This document shows positions 27,417 through 35,802 of a stretch of 64,000 nt of DNA, one piece after another. How positions within the stretch are numbered: the stretch's first letter is position 1; every line of letters starts with the position of its first letter. The position numbers and the translations under genes were made by a program. The notes under the pieces were generated by a model that was not told where the DNA came from, did no database searches, and saw nothing but the letters and a program-made list of their open reading frames with translations. Source of the stretch: Shigella phage Sf20; the sequence record MF327006, one strand, 5' to 3'.

Positions 27417-27661
27417 TGGCGCATAGAAGCCCCTGAATCACATTTTGACGCTGTATGATGAAAACATGTAGCGTACCAGTCATCGGCTTGTTTGTCTTCG
27501 TCAGAAAACGCGTAATTGCGTTGTATGCCGTTTTCTACTTTGACCAGTGCAATAGCTGTTTCTGGAAGATCAATCAATCGGACAAAATCACCGTCTTCCC
27601 ACTCCACACGGGCAATATCATAGCCCATCTCAAAGTATACAATCGCTTGTTCTAATTTCAT
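27413..27661 (-). CDS. DUF2829-like small protein (Tad2-family candidate)
   Basis: 82 aa; N-terminal AIVYFEMGYDIARVEW and C-terminal DEDKQADDWYA resemble the DUF2829 pattern; from memory. Confidence 0.4.
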   Translation of the reverse strand: MKLEQAIVYFEMGYDIARVEWEDGDFVRLIDLPETAIALVKVENGIQRNYAFSDEDKQADDWYATCFHHTASKCDSGASMRQ

Positions 27662-27987
27662 TCTGGAAACTTCCCGTAAACATTCTCTGCCAGCTTACGT
27701 GCATCTTTTACAATATCTTTCATATAATGACTATAATTTTTAGCTAGATCAATGATGCAATCAACAAAGAAGTAATAGCGTCGCAGTGCTACCAGCTCAA
27801 CATCTTCAAGATGACCATTTTCTCCAATCGCTGAAATATGTTTAAATTCCTTTCGGATCGCGTCCATCGCTACATTAACTTCTTTTATAATATCTTTCGT
27901 ATTATATGCACCTCGACTAATCAAAATTTTGGTTAGGTCTTCTGCTTTTTCGTGAAAGTTGTCAATTTCAAACTCGATCATAATCAC
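27658..27987 (-). CDS. hypothetical protein, paralog of 28096-28428
   Basis: ORF track 109 aa; C-terminal ...ENVYGKF shared with the paralog. Confidence 0.5.
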   Translation of the reverse strand: MIMIEFEIDNFHEKAEDLTKILISRGAYNTKDIIKEVNVAMDAIRKEFKHISAIGENGHLEDVELVALRRYYFFVDCIIDLAKNYSHYMKDIVKDARKLAENVYGKFPE

Positions 27988-28095
27988 CTCTCATAATTTC
28001 ACGCTGTTGTTTCAACATTTTTTCGTGGTTTGCTAATTCTATACCTTGTAATAGCATAACCAGTGCAATTTTCAATGATTCATCATCTTTCATAA

Positions 28096-28428
28096 TCAAA
28101 ATTTACCGAAAATATTCTCTGTCATAATTCTTGCTTCGTCGATTATTTTCGTCATGTTCATGGTGTAGTTATGATCATTTAGTGCTTTAATAACAACGAG
28201 CAAGGAATCTAAAAACACTCGATACCGGGTATATTCTACGCTATTTGTGAATACCGATGTTTTCTCTACTTTATCGATCAGATAGCCTAAAGCCGATAGC
28301 GCCTCGTTTACTTCCCTTGTTACTTTATCGGCGCTAAACAACACCGGATAAAGACGCGGTGTGATTAACCGCGCTGCCTCTTTCAATTCGGTCGCTTTCC
28401 ATGATTCATATTTGTCATAGTTAAACAT
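28096..28428 (-). CDS. hypothetical protein, paralog of 27658-27987
   Basis: ORF track 110 aa; C-terminal ...ENIFGKF. Confidence 0.5.
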   Translation of the reverse strand: MFNYDKYESWKATELKEAARLITPRLYPVLFSADKVTREVNEALSALGYLIDKVEKTSVFTNSVEYTRYRVFLDSLLVVIKALNDHNYTMNMTKIIDEARIMTENIFGKF

Positions 28429-28440
28429 TGTATAATCTCC

Positions 28441-28773
28441 TTACAGATGAAAACCTGTTACGATCACCGCATCGATCATACCGTTAGGAATAAACGGTTC
28501 GCCATCTTTTATTTCAACTTTGAATTGATGCCATTTCGCTAATACTTCTTCCGGTACACCCAGCGATTCAGCGTCTGCTTTAGTTTCATCCATAATCCAA
28601 CTAGGCTGCATGAGAGCATAGTTTACATAGTCCATTTCTGGGGTCATGTCATCAATGTTAATATATTTGCAGTTGACGCGTTTCAGAATTTCAAATTCTT
28701 TATTGTCAACCTGTACCATGTATAATTCAGTAGTTTCTGGAATCAGTTCCCACACAATCAGTACATTTTTCAT
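28441..28773 (-). CDS. hypothetical protein
   Basis: ORF track 110 aa. Confidence 0.45.
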   Translation of the reverse strand: MKNVLIVWELIPETTELYMVQVDNKEFEILKRVNCKYINIDDMTPEMDYVNYALMQPSWIMDETKADAESLGVPEEVLAKWHQFKVEIKDGEPFIPNGMIDAVIVTGFHL

Positions 28774-28781
28774 AGTTCACC

Positions 28782-29150
28782 TCACTTAACAAAGATTTTC
28801 TTTAATGCTTTCAGGATCGTTGCTTCCGGCGCTTCTTCCGGTGGAGGAAGCAATTCTACCACTTCCTCTTCCAACTCGATATAGTCTACCAGATATTCTA
28901 CATAGAATGCAAGTGCTTCCATGAAATTAGATGCTACATCCGATTCACCACACGCGCCTACATGCATTGTATAAACATCACTGCGATCAAGTTTGTGGAT
29001 GCTTCCCAGATAGTTTCGGTTATACCAGACTTCCCACACTTTCAACTTTCCGGTTTTTGTTGATGTTTTATAATCGGTTTCGTAATGATGTAATTGACGT
29101 TGCAGATCATTGATAATAACACATTTTTCGTAATTGTTTTGAATTTCCAT
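28782..29150 (-). CDS. hypothetical protein
   Basis: ORF track 122 aa. Confidence 0.45.
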   Translation of the reverse strand: MEIQNNYEKCVIINDLQRQLHHYETDYKTSTKTGKLKVWEVWYNRNYLGSIHKLDRSDVYTMHVGACGESDVASNFMEALAFYVEYLVDYIELEEEVVELLPPPEEAPEATILKALKKIFVK

Positions 29151-29160
29151 GATGCAATCC

Positions 29161-29352
29161 TCACTTATCGTTCAGAAGTTCTAAAACTTTCTGTCGTACT
29201 TTGTCAATATTAGTTGATTCAAAAACTGTACGGTATCCCCAGCTTTGACCGTATGAGCGGTTGCAATCTCCATATCCCCATTGTTCAACCTGATAGTATT
29301 CAAGGAATGGGTGCTGCCGAACTATGATACCATCGCGATTAAAAATTACCAT
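29161..29352 (-). CDS. hypothetical protein
   Basis: ORF track 63 aa. Confidence 0.4.
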   Translation of the reverse strand: MVIFNRDGIIVRQHPFLEYYQVEQWGYGDCNRSYGQSWGYRTVFESTNIDKVRQKVLELLNDK

Positions 29353-29375
29353 AATATAATCCTCACGTCAACAAC

Positions 29376-29663
29376 TTATTTTCGGTTGTGGTCACGATAT
29401 GTTTTAAAATATCCCTCGTACCACGGTAAAATATCTGGATTTTTACCACTATACAGACCTTTAACCATCATGTCAATAAGGCCATCTGGTGTTTGATAGT
29501 TTCCCGCTTTTATAAGCTCTCTGATTAAAATCTCTCTGTATATGTCTTTCGGATCTTCGTAATCAACTTGTATTGTGGTTGTGGTCTCATTCAATTTGGT
29601 TTCTGGAGTATCTCGGATCGCATCCCACCAATCTTTTGTGATCTTCATGTTATTGAATTGCAT
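29376..29663 (-). CDS. hypothetical protein
   Basis: ORF track 95 aa. Confidence 0.45.
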   Translation of the reverse strand: MQFNNMKITKDWWDAIRDTPETKLNETTTTIQVDYEDPKDIYREILIRELIKAGNYQTPDGLIDMMVKGLYSGKNPDILPWYEGYFKTYRDHNRK

Positions 29664-29674
29664 AATTTAACCTC

Positions 29675-30433
29675 TTACTTGCAAACGTATTGATCTACAT
29701 CAATTGCGCCACCGAATGTAGGATGACGTTTTTCGAATCGAATAGTTCCGTCGTTTGGTTCGAAAACGGAGTATTCATATAGATCTTTCTTGCCAACATT
29801 CTTATAAAACCCGCCTTTAGTCATAACGGTTTCTTGTACGTTTGCTTTGTGTACGTTGTATTCATCAATGTATACAAAATCAACCATCTTCCCATTTTTA
29901 ATGGTTACTTTAAGATCTCCTGGTTGGTTTCCATATTTTGCATACAGTGGGGCTTCTTTAATTTTGGTGGAAATTCCATCTTTCATACTCCACTCATAAC
30001 GAACGGTGCATTGATAGGTAAAAGTTTCGACCTTCGGTTCTTCTACCACTTTTGCTTCCTGTTTCGGTTGTTCTTCTTCAACCTTCGCAGAAGTCTCTGA
30101 ATAGCTTTCTGACGCGGTTTCTTCTTTAGGTAATACATTCATCAAGTTTTGGATTTGAGCGTTATATACAGCCTCCAGTGGCTGAATCTGCCCGATATTG
30201 ATCATTGTATCACGAACAGTTTTATTCCAGTTGCGTTGCTCTTGTTTAAGAGACGGATCAATCTTAACAGCCTTAACATACACCTCATGAAGTTTAGAGT
30301 CCAGTGCGGAGATAGACTCATTAGCACAAATAAACTTCTCTGATTTGGTAGTAGCTTTAGCGCAATCAAAGGACGCAGCGTTAGCACCGAAAGCAGTAGC
30401 AGAAAGAACGATAGCAGCGATAATGTTTTTCAT
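29675..30433 (-). CDS. secreted protein with DUF1311/LprI-like (lysozyme-inhibitor-like) N-terminal domain
   Basis: Signal peptide MKNIIAAIVLSATAFGANA; CAKATTKSEKFICANESISALDSKLHEVY...KQEQRNWNKTVRD; C-terminal Cys-flanked domain; own promoter. Confidence 0.55.
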   Translation of the reverse strand: MKNIIAAIVLSATAFGANAASFDCAKATTKSEKFICANESISALDSKLHEVYVKAVKIDPSLKQEQRNWNKTVRDTMINIGQIQPLEAVYNAQIQNLMNVLPKEETASESYSETSAKVEEEQPKQEAKVVEEPKVETFTYQCTVRYEWSMKDGISTKIKEAPLYAKYGNQPGDLKVTIKNGKMVDFVYIDEYNVHKANVQETVMTKGGFYKNVGKKDLYEYSVFEPNDGTIRFEKRHPTFGGAIDVDQYVCK

Positions 30434-30468
30434 AATATATTCCTCAGTGTTTTGTCTTGATGGGAGTA

Positions 30469-30497
30469 TCTTACTACTCCCTTAATCCGGTGTCAAC
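30469..30497 (-). promoter_or_regulatory. sigma70-type early promoter with stem-loop (PeSL-like)
   Basis: Minus sense TTGACA-N17-TAAGAT; hairpin GGGAGTAGTAAGATACTCCC. Confidence 0.55.
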
Positions 30498-30507
30498 TAC
30501 TTTTAAA

Positions 30508-30768
30508 TTATTTTCGCCATTCACCGGAAACAATAAAGTTTGTAAAGTGAACGTGGTCCGTGATAACGTCATTAAGTACCATATGCGGATATGCTTTAGT
30601 GTAATCACGTTTACGATCAGTCATCCAACCAACGAAAGTCGGTGCAAAGTACGGCACACCGTCAGATGATGCCATATTAAACCATTTATCAGCCATAAAT
30701 GCAGCCGCCCTAAGATTTTTAATTGAAGTAGTGCGACTAATTTCAAAAACTTTATCGGTAAAATTCAT
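30508..30768 (-). CDS. hypothetical protein
   Basis: ORF track 86 aa. Confidence 0.45.
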   Translation of the reverse strand: MNFTDKVFEISRTTSIKNLRAAAFMADKWFNMASSDGVPYFAPTFVGWMTDRKRDYTKAYPHMVLNDVITDHVHFTNFIVSGEWRK

Positions 30769-30980
30769 TTTAAGCCCCCCGCTCGTGCATTAATACGCAT
30801 TTTCTGCATAGCCATGATCTGGTTTACTGCTTCTTCTTTACGTTCTTGCGTGATAACGTGACCAGATTCCGTAAACTCTCCCGCAACTTCTTCTACGATC
30901 TCGCGAACTTGAGAACGTCCAAAGATGCGGTTTCCTTCGTAGCTCATAAATTCAGTCACTACTTGCTCGATAGATTTCAT
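30765..30980 (-). CDS. hypothetical protein
   Basis: ORF trimmed to ATG 30978-30980 with SD AAGGAG. Confidence 0.45.
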   Translation of the reverse strand: MKSIEQVVTEFMSYEGNRIFGRSQVREIVEEVAGEFTESGHVITQERKEEAVNQIMAMQKMRINARAGGLK

Positions 30981-31012
30981 GTGATTCTCCTTCTTTCGTT
31001 TGGTATGGGAGT

Positions 31013-31041
31013 ATAATACTACTCCCATTTCTTTACGTCAA
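31013..31041 (-). promoter_or_regulatory. sigma70-type early promoter with stem-loop (PeSL-like)
   Basis: Minus sense TTGACG-N17-TATTAT; hairpin GGGAGTAGTATTATACTCCC. Confidence 0.55.
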
Positions 31042-31044
31042 CAA

Positions 31045-31206
31045 CTATTTTAAATTATTTTCGACCTTCACCCATTCCGCGTATTCTTGCGCGGCTACTT
31101 TCGGATTTAGTCCGTCTTCGTACATTGCATCAAGTAATTCTTTGTCGGTGGGCTTATACCCTAGATAAGCCTCCACCTGATTTTTCCAAATTTTATACCA
31201 GTTCAT
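31045..31206 (-). CDS. small hypothetical protein
   Basis: ORF trimmed to ATG 31204-31206 (MNWYKIWKN...). Confidence 0.35.
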   Translation of the reverse strand: MNWYKIWKNQVEAYLGYKPTDKELLDAMYEDGLNPKVAAQEYAEWVKVENNLK

Positions 31207-31210
31207 ATTA

Positions 31211-31483
31211 TCACCAGTCAAGAGCGCGTGTCTCTGCGTCTTCCCATGCTTGATCCATAACAGCCTTGAAAACATATTCTAAAGTATCATCTTTAGAGAA
31301 TCCGAAGATTTTAGACGGAATATCTTCAATTGCTACTCCCGCAACTTCTGCATTACGCGCTTGACAATAATGCAACTCTAAGTTATCGAGATAGCGACCG
31401 CCTAATTTCTCCATATCATCCCAGCATTTCCAGTAACCTACTTTATTTGCAATTGCTAACACTTTGCTGTTTTCGTTGCTCAT
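31211..31483 (-). CDS. hypothetical protein
   Basis: ORF trimmed to ATG 31481-31483 with SD AAGGAG. Confidence 0.45.
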   Translation of the reverse strand: MSNENSKVLAIANKVGYWKCWDDMEKLGGRYLDNLELHYCQARNAEVAGVAIEDIPSKIFGFSKDDTLEYVFKAVMDQAWEDAETRALDW

Positions 31484-31514
31484 CTTTGATTCTCCTTTTG
31501 TTTGGTATGTGTGT

Positions 31515-31543
31515 ATTATGCGAGGCTGGATTCGTGAAGTCAA
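31515..31543 (-). promoter_or_regulatory. sigma70-type early promoter
   Basis: Minus sense TTGACT-N17-CATAAT. Confidence 0.5.
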
Positions 31544-31550
31544 CAACTTT

Positions 31551-31584
31551 TTAAAATAAAAAAGCCGACCACAAGGATCGGCTT
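31551..31584 (-). terminator. intrinsic terminator
   Basis: Minus-sense hairpin AAGCCGAUCC-UUGU-GGUCGGCUU followed by UUUUUAUUUU; near-identical to the plus-strand terminator at 21714-21736. Confidence 0.6.
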
Positions 31585-31593
31585 AATAATCAG

Positions 31594-31989
31594 TTACTTA
31601 CTAAATTTCTTTTTGGCTTCGTCTACCGCATGAGATGCCAGTACCGCAGCCGCATGTGCGCTTTTATCTGTGTTGCAGAGAACGCCCAGATAAACATCAC
31701 GCCAAAGTTTAATCATCTCGTAGATCATATCAATATCATTTTCTTGTTTGTTGGCGATGCTATTCGTCGTTATCTGGTAAGGTAACGGCTTGATCTGTAC
31801 TGGTTCCGCCATCGGGCTAATCGGTTTCGGATCAGTCATAATAGGTGCTGTTGTGGGTGGTGTTTTCCATACATCATTATTCCACGGTTTAATCGTTGTA
31901 TCGTAAAGTTTATAAGGATTTTTGTCTGGATTAACCATCCAGGCATGATGAGTACCCAAACCATTTGAAGTAATGCGTCGTTCAGTCAT
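31594..31989 (-). CDS. hypothetical protein
   Basis: ORF track 131 aa. Confidence 0.5.
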   Translation of the reverse strand: MTERRITSNGLGTHHAWMVNPDKNPYKLYDTTIKPWNNDVWKTPPTTAPIMTDPKPISPMAEPVQIKPLPYQITTNSIANKQENDIDMIYEMIKLWRDVYLGVLCNTDKSAHAAAVLASHAVDEAKKKFSK

Positions 31990-32191
31990 ACTTTCCCTCC
32001 AAAAATTCTTTCATCAAATAGTCTATCGTTGCTCTGTGTTCTGGTGTGTTTGTTATCTCTGCTAACTTGTTCAGAGATTCAATAGTGATCCGGTTGGCTT
32101 CTTCCATAGTCTCAAAGACCATCGGTACAATCTTTTTATTGTTGTACACGAAAGCCACATAACCGCCTTCTGGATATTCTTTCATAATCAA
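31982..32191 (-). CDS. hypothetical protein
   Basis: ORF track 69 aa; coupled to gene 52. Confidence 0.45.
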   Translation of the reverse strand: MIMKEYPEGGYVAFVYNNKKIVPMVFETMEEANRITIESLNKLAEITNTPEHRATIDYLMKEFLEGKYD

Positions 32192-33552
32192 CCCTTCTTA
32201 AGTTCTTTAAGATCTTTCTTATATTCCTTCATTGCGGTCGTCTTTGTCCAATACTCATATTCACTATGATGTTTATCGGCATCTTTGACCAGTCGATCAT
32301 ACTCTTCTTGAGTAACGCTATACAATGGCATAGAAACTAGCTTATCGGCGTATGGACGCAGTTTTTCATGTCCATTGATGGATTGCATTACCTCGGCCTT
32401 TTTCTTTCCCTGTAGTTCGATTTCGCCCTTAATTACAAGGTCGATAAATTCAGCTTTAGCCATTGCATAATTGTATGCTTCCAGTGTTTCCGCTTGCATC
32501 AATTCAATGCGTTTATCTACATAGCCTAATCGGATTTCGACGAATCGACGGATCAGATCGCTCGCTTTCTCGAATACTTCTACTAAACCACGTTCGTTAA
32601 CTACTACGATATTCTGGGCTACTAACTGCGTTAGTTTAAAATCCTTCATGATTTGCTCATGTCGAGCGGATTCATCTTCGCTTTTGAAATAATCACGTTT
32701 CAGTGTTACCTCAAATCTGAATCCGTCCTTAGAGCAACGGTCATTATACGATACAATCAGATCTTTTTCTTCCAGTGCATCCAGTACCGCTACATATTCT
32801 TCACGGTCGAACTTATAAGGAACTTCTGATATTGTCAGCTTAGTCTTGCCGTTTAGTTCATATGTACCCTCAAGAATAACACCATCGCGGTCATCGCGCG
32901 GGATAACTTTACCCGTGAATTTTGGGAATTGAACACTAGGTTCTTTATCCAGTTTTCCGGCAAGTGCTAGCTCTGTGCATTCAATGAGGCTTTCCAGTGA
33001 ATGCGGTAAAATGTCAGTTTTATACCCTGTAGCAATACCACTAATACCATTAGCCAATACCATTGGCACAACTGGCAAGTAGAACGCTGGCGGGATGTGT
33101 TCCAGATCTTCGTGCTTGGGTGCGCAATTCATATCTTTATAGATTTTAAAGAAGTTTTCATGCACACGAGCAAAGATATAACGTGCCGCACCTGCTTTCT
33201 GGACTAAACGAGATCCGAAGTTACCTTGACCGTCAAGCAGTGGAGTATTATTGCTCCATGTATTCGCCATGAGTGATCCGGCTTCTACGGCATTAGTTTC
33301 CCCGTGGTGATAACCCAACTCAGCAACACCAGATCCAATATCTGCCATCTTACGGAATTTCTTACGGTCGCCTTTACTCTTTTGTAAAGCACATTCCATA
33401 ACAAAGCGTTGCACTGGTTTAAGCCCATCCACTAATTGAGGAATCCCGCGTTCCTCGGCAGAATAGATCGCATATTCCTTAGCTTCATTATGTACAATGC
33501 TTTCAAGGCTGCGGTAAGTAAATGTGTTTACAATTTGACTAATTTTATCCAT
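32188..33552 (-). CDS. 52: DNA topoisomerase II medium subunit
   Basis: GIPQLVDGLKPVQRFV, AELGYHHGE, GNFGS, ARYIFARV motifs; ATG at 33550-33552 preferred over the track GTG start. Confidence 0.9.
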   Translation of the reverse strand: MDKISQIVNTFTYRSLESIVHNEAKEYAIYSAEERGIPQLVDGLKPVQRFVMECALQKSKGDRKKFRKMADIGSGVAELGYHHGETNAVEAGSLMANTWSNNTPLLDGQGNFGSRLVQKAGAARYIFARVHENFFKIYKDMNCAPKHEDLEHIPPAFYLPVVPMVLANGISGIATGYKTDILPHSLESLIECTELALAGKLDKEPSVQFPKFTGKVIPRDDRDGVILEGTYELNGKTKLTISEVPYKFDREEYVAVLDALEEKDLIVSYNDRCSKDGFRFEVTLKRDYFKSEDESARHEQIMKDFKLTQLVAQNIVVVNERGLVEVFEKASDLIRRFVEIRLGYVDKRIELMQAETLEAYNYAMAKAEFIDLVIKGEIELQGKKKAEVMQSINGHEKLRPYADKLVSMPLYSVTQEEYDRLVKDADKHHSEYEYWTKTTAMKEYKKDLKELKKG

Positions 33553-33559
33553 CTTCACC

Positions 33560-33922
33560 TCATACGCGCTTACAAATCACATTCTTTACTTTATCAGATT
33601 TATCAGCCCAATCCAATAGCCATTTTAACGGAAGGATTGAAACAATAAACGGGGCAGCAATCAAAGCAAACATGATACACCTGATAATCAGGAAAACGCA
33701 AGTGACAAAACTAGCGATAGTGATCCCGACAAAACAAAATACCATAGAAAACAGAGTAATGATATAGAAAGGCCAGAATACCCACTCCCGCATCTTAACT
33801 CCTTTGTATTCTCTGAATTGCTTAAAATCTACAAACAACTCTCGGATAGACGCGTACAGGACCGAAAAATCATCTTTCATTGCTCTGAATGAGCAATCTT
33901 CTATTTTAGAATGACCTAGCAT
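33560..33922 (-). CDS. small membrane protein
   Basis: ORF track 120 aa; two hydrophobic helices. Confidence 0.45.
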   Translation of the reverse strand: MLGHSKIEDCSFRAMKDDFSVLYASIRELFVDFKQFREYKGVKMREWVFWPFYIITLFSMVFCFVGITIASFVTCVFLIIRCIMFALIAAPFIVSILPLKWLLDWADKSDKVKNVICKRV

Positions 33923-33924
33923 TA

Positions 33925-34218
33925 TTAACCGCCTTTCATCATTGATACTGGAATTGTTTTCTGATTTGTGTATAATTGGCCTACTTCAATTTTTTCTTGA
34001 ATCACCACGACGTTACAATATCCACTGTCTTTAAGTTTTCTGATAATGACTCGCTTTTGTTCGTCGGTGATAGGGTTGACTGTTCTCACCAATTCACCGC
34101 AAATAATAGCACCATCTTTACAATTGCCAGTAACTTTCATGCTACGACCGTGAACAACAACCACATCACCGTAAATCACATTTTCGTCGTCGTATTTGGT
34201 AATAACCGTGACCGTCAT
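33925..34218 (-). CDS. hypothetical protein
   Basis: ORF track 97 aa. Confidence 0.45.
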   Translation of the reverse strand: MTVTVITKYDDENVIYGDVVVVHGRSMKVTGNCKDGAIICGELVRTVNPITDEQKRVIIRKLKDSGYCNVVVIQEKIEVGQLYTNQKTIPVSMMKGG

Positions 34219-34263
34219 AATGTATTCCCTCTAAGAAAGGCCGCGCAAAGCGGCCTATGTTTA

Positions 34264-34590
34264 TTATTGTTCTACAGTATAACCGTTGTTTTCAAGCCAT
34301 GCAATAACAATCTTTTCGCCAATTTCATCGAGCATTTCATCAGCGCCATATTCTTTGATGAAAATCGATGGATCGTTATTGCTTACTACGTGCTGGATCA
34401 CAACATGTTCAGGAATTGCGTCTAGCAGTTCGCTATGATCATACTCATTAACGATATCTTCAACACTAACATTATTAACCAAATCAACATCATCCATAGT
34501 CACAGTAACGCGGCCTGACGGACGCAATGAATATTGGCTACTTTCAACTTCAACATGTGCACTTTCGCAAGTAACTTTCATATCAACCAT
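34264..34590 (-). CDS. hypothetical acidic protein
   Basis: ORF track 108 aa. Confidence 0.45.
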   Translation of the reverse strand: MVDMKVTCESAHVEVESSQYSLRPSGRVTVTMDDVDLVNNVSVEDIVNEYDHSELLDAIPEHVVIQHVVSNNDPSIFIKEYGADEMLDEIGEKIVIAWLENNGYTVEQ

Positions 34591-34604
34591 AATTAATTCC
34601 TCTG

Positions 34605-35606
34605 TTAGTAATGGCTAAAACCTTCGGTTACATCTTCAACCACATAGTAACGATGACAGCGCATTTTGGCATTCGCATAATCTTTCGGGATACTTACAAC
34701 GTGACGCGGATCAACTTTACATTTAATGATTCGGCCTCGTCCACCGCCATAGTGCGGAATATAGTGTTTAGCTGCAACGTGGAGGCCATTAGAGCAAGTG
34801 CGATCATCATCTGGGTCCACGTCTTTACGCTTCATTTTAACCGTGCGACCTGGGCTATTATCAAACGTATGCGTAAAGAAATCTTTATAATCAACATCAA
34901 CACGTTTCCATGCATAGAAACAACCATCTTCCACGATCTCAATGTCGTTGTGCTCTAAGAAGTCAAACAGACGATCTACGGCCTTACGGCTAGGGTTTTT
35001 CTTGCACTTCTCAAAGAAGTTCAGATAGTGCGTATATGGCTTATTCTCTTTAATCGACTCCACAACTCGACGAGTCAGATTATTATCAAGAACAATATTA
35101 TGATAATACACAATACCATTTTCGATACGGAAAGCGCCGTGATAATATACTTCAACCGCTTTCTTAATGTCAATCAGCGTAATAGCTTTGATGAAATCAT
35201 TATGTTTAATCGCTTCCAGTGCTTCATTAAAGTTAACATGCGACGGATCAGCAGTATAAACAATGTCACCACATGTAATAGTAATAAACTTAGTTGAGGC
35301 TATTGCTACGATTTTTGAGGAAGTAGTCACGGGCTTTTTTGCGCGTTCACCTCCTTTTCCTTTACTGGTTTTACGGCGTGCTTTACGTTTTTCTAGTGCC
35401 TTGCGACCTTCCGCTACTGCGTCTTTCTGAATCAGTAATACACGGGAGGCAGTACGACGAGATACCCCAAATGCTGCCGCAAGTGCTTCGCGGGTAGTAA
35501 ACTTACCTTCGCCCCACTGTTTGGCCAGTTTGATTTGTTTCGCAGAATCCAGGCATTGAACGTTACGGTCAGAGACGGTGATTTTTGCTTTAGTCATAGT
35601 ATTCAT
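34605..35606 (-). CDS. rIIB: rIIB protein
   Basis: N-terminal HTH-like FTTREALAAAFGVSRRTASRVL; SRKAVDRLFDFLEHNDIEIVEDGCFYAWK; DPRHVVSIPKDYANAKMR; resembles T4 rIIB. Confidence 0.8.
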   Translation of the reverse strand: MNTMTKAKITVSDRNVQCLDSAKQIKLAKQWGEGKFTTREALAAAFGVSRRTASRVLLIQKDAVAEGRKALEKRKARRKTSKGKGGERAKKPVTTSSKIVAIASTKFITITCGDIVYTADPSHVNFNEALEAIKHNDFIKAITLIDIKKAVEVYYHGAFRIENGIVYYHNIVLDNNLTRRVVESIKENKPYTHYLNFFEKCKKNPSRKAVDRLFDFLEHNDIEIVEDGCFYAWKRVDVDYKDFFTHTFDNSPGRTVKMKRKDVDPDDDRTCSNGLHVAAKHYIPHYGGGRGRIIKCKVDPRHVVSIPKDYANAKMRCHRYYVVEDVTEGFSHY

Positions 35607-35659
35607 TCCTCTATTAGTTGGGCGACTATCGCCGCCCGATTCACATCATTATACCAGAA

Positions 35660-35790
35660 TTATTTTGCTTCTACAACCTTGCGGATTGTGCGGTCTGATA
35701 CATTATAGATTCGTGCCAGTTCGCCTTTAGTCAAGCCGCGAGCGTATTGTTTACGGATGGTTTCTTTCTGGATAGCGGTCAGTTTAGTCA
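35660..35790 (-). pseudogene. frame-broken HTH minigene (duplicate of the rIIB N-terminal module)
   Basis: ATG 35788-35790 with SD GAGGTGA gives MTKLTAIQKE then stop after 19 codons; -1 frame continues TIRKQYARGLTKGELARIYNVSDRTIRKVVEAK. Confidence 0.35.
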
Positions 35791-35802
35791 TAATATCACC
35801 TC

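Noticed and set aside
27966-28093. Possible 42-aa ORF (MKDDESLKIALVMLLQGIELANHEKMLKQQREIMRGDYDRV) in the gap between the paralog pair
   Set aside because: It is short, lacks a clear SD and overlaps the start of the downstream gene; kept as unverified.
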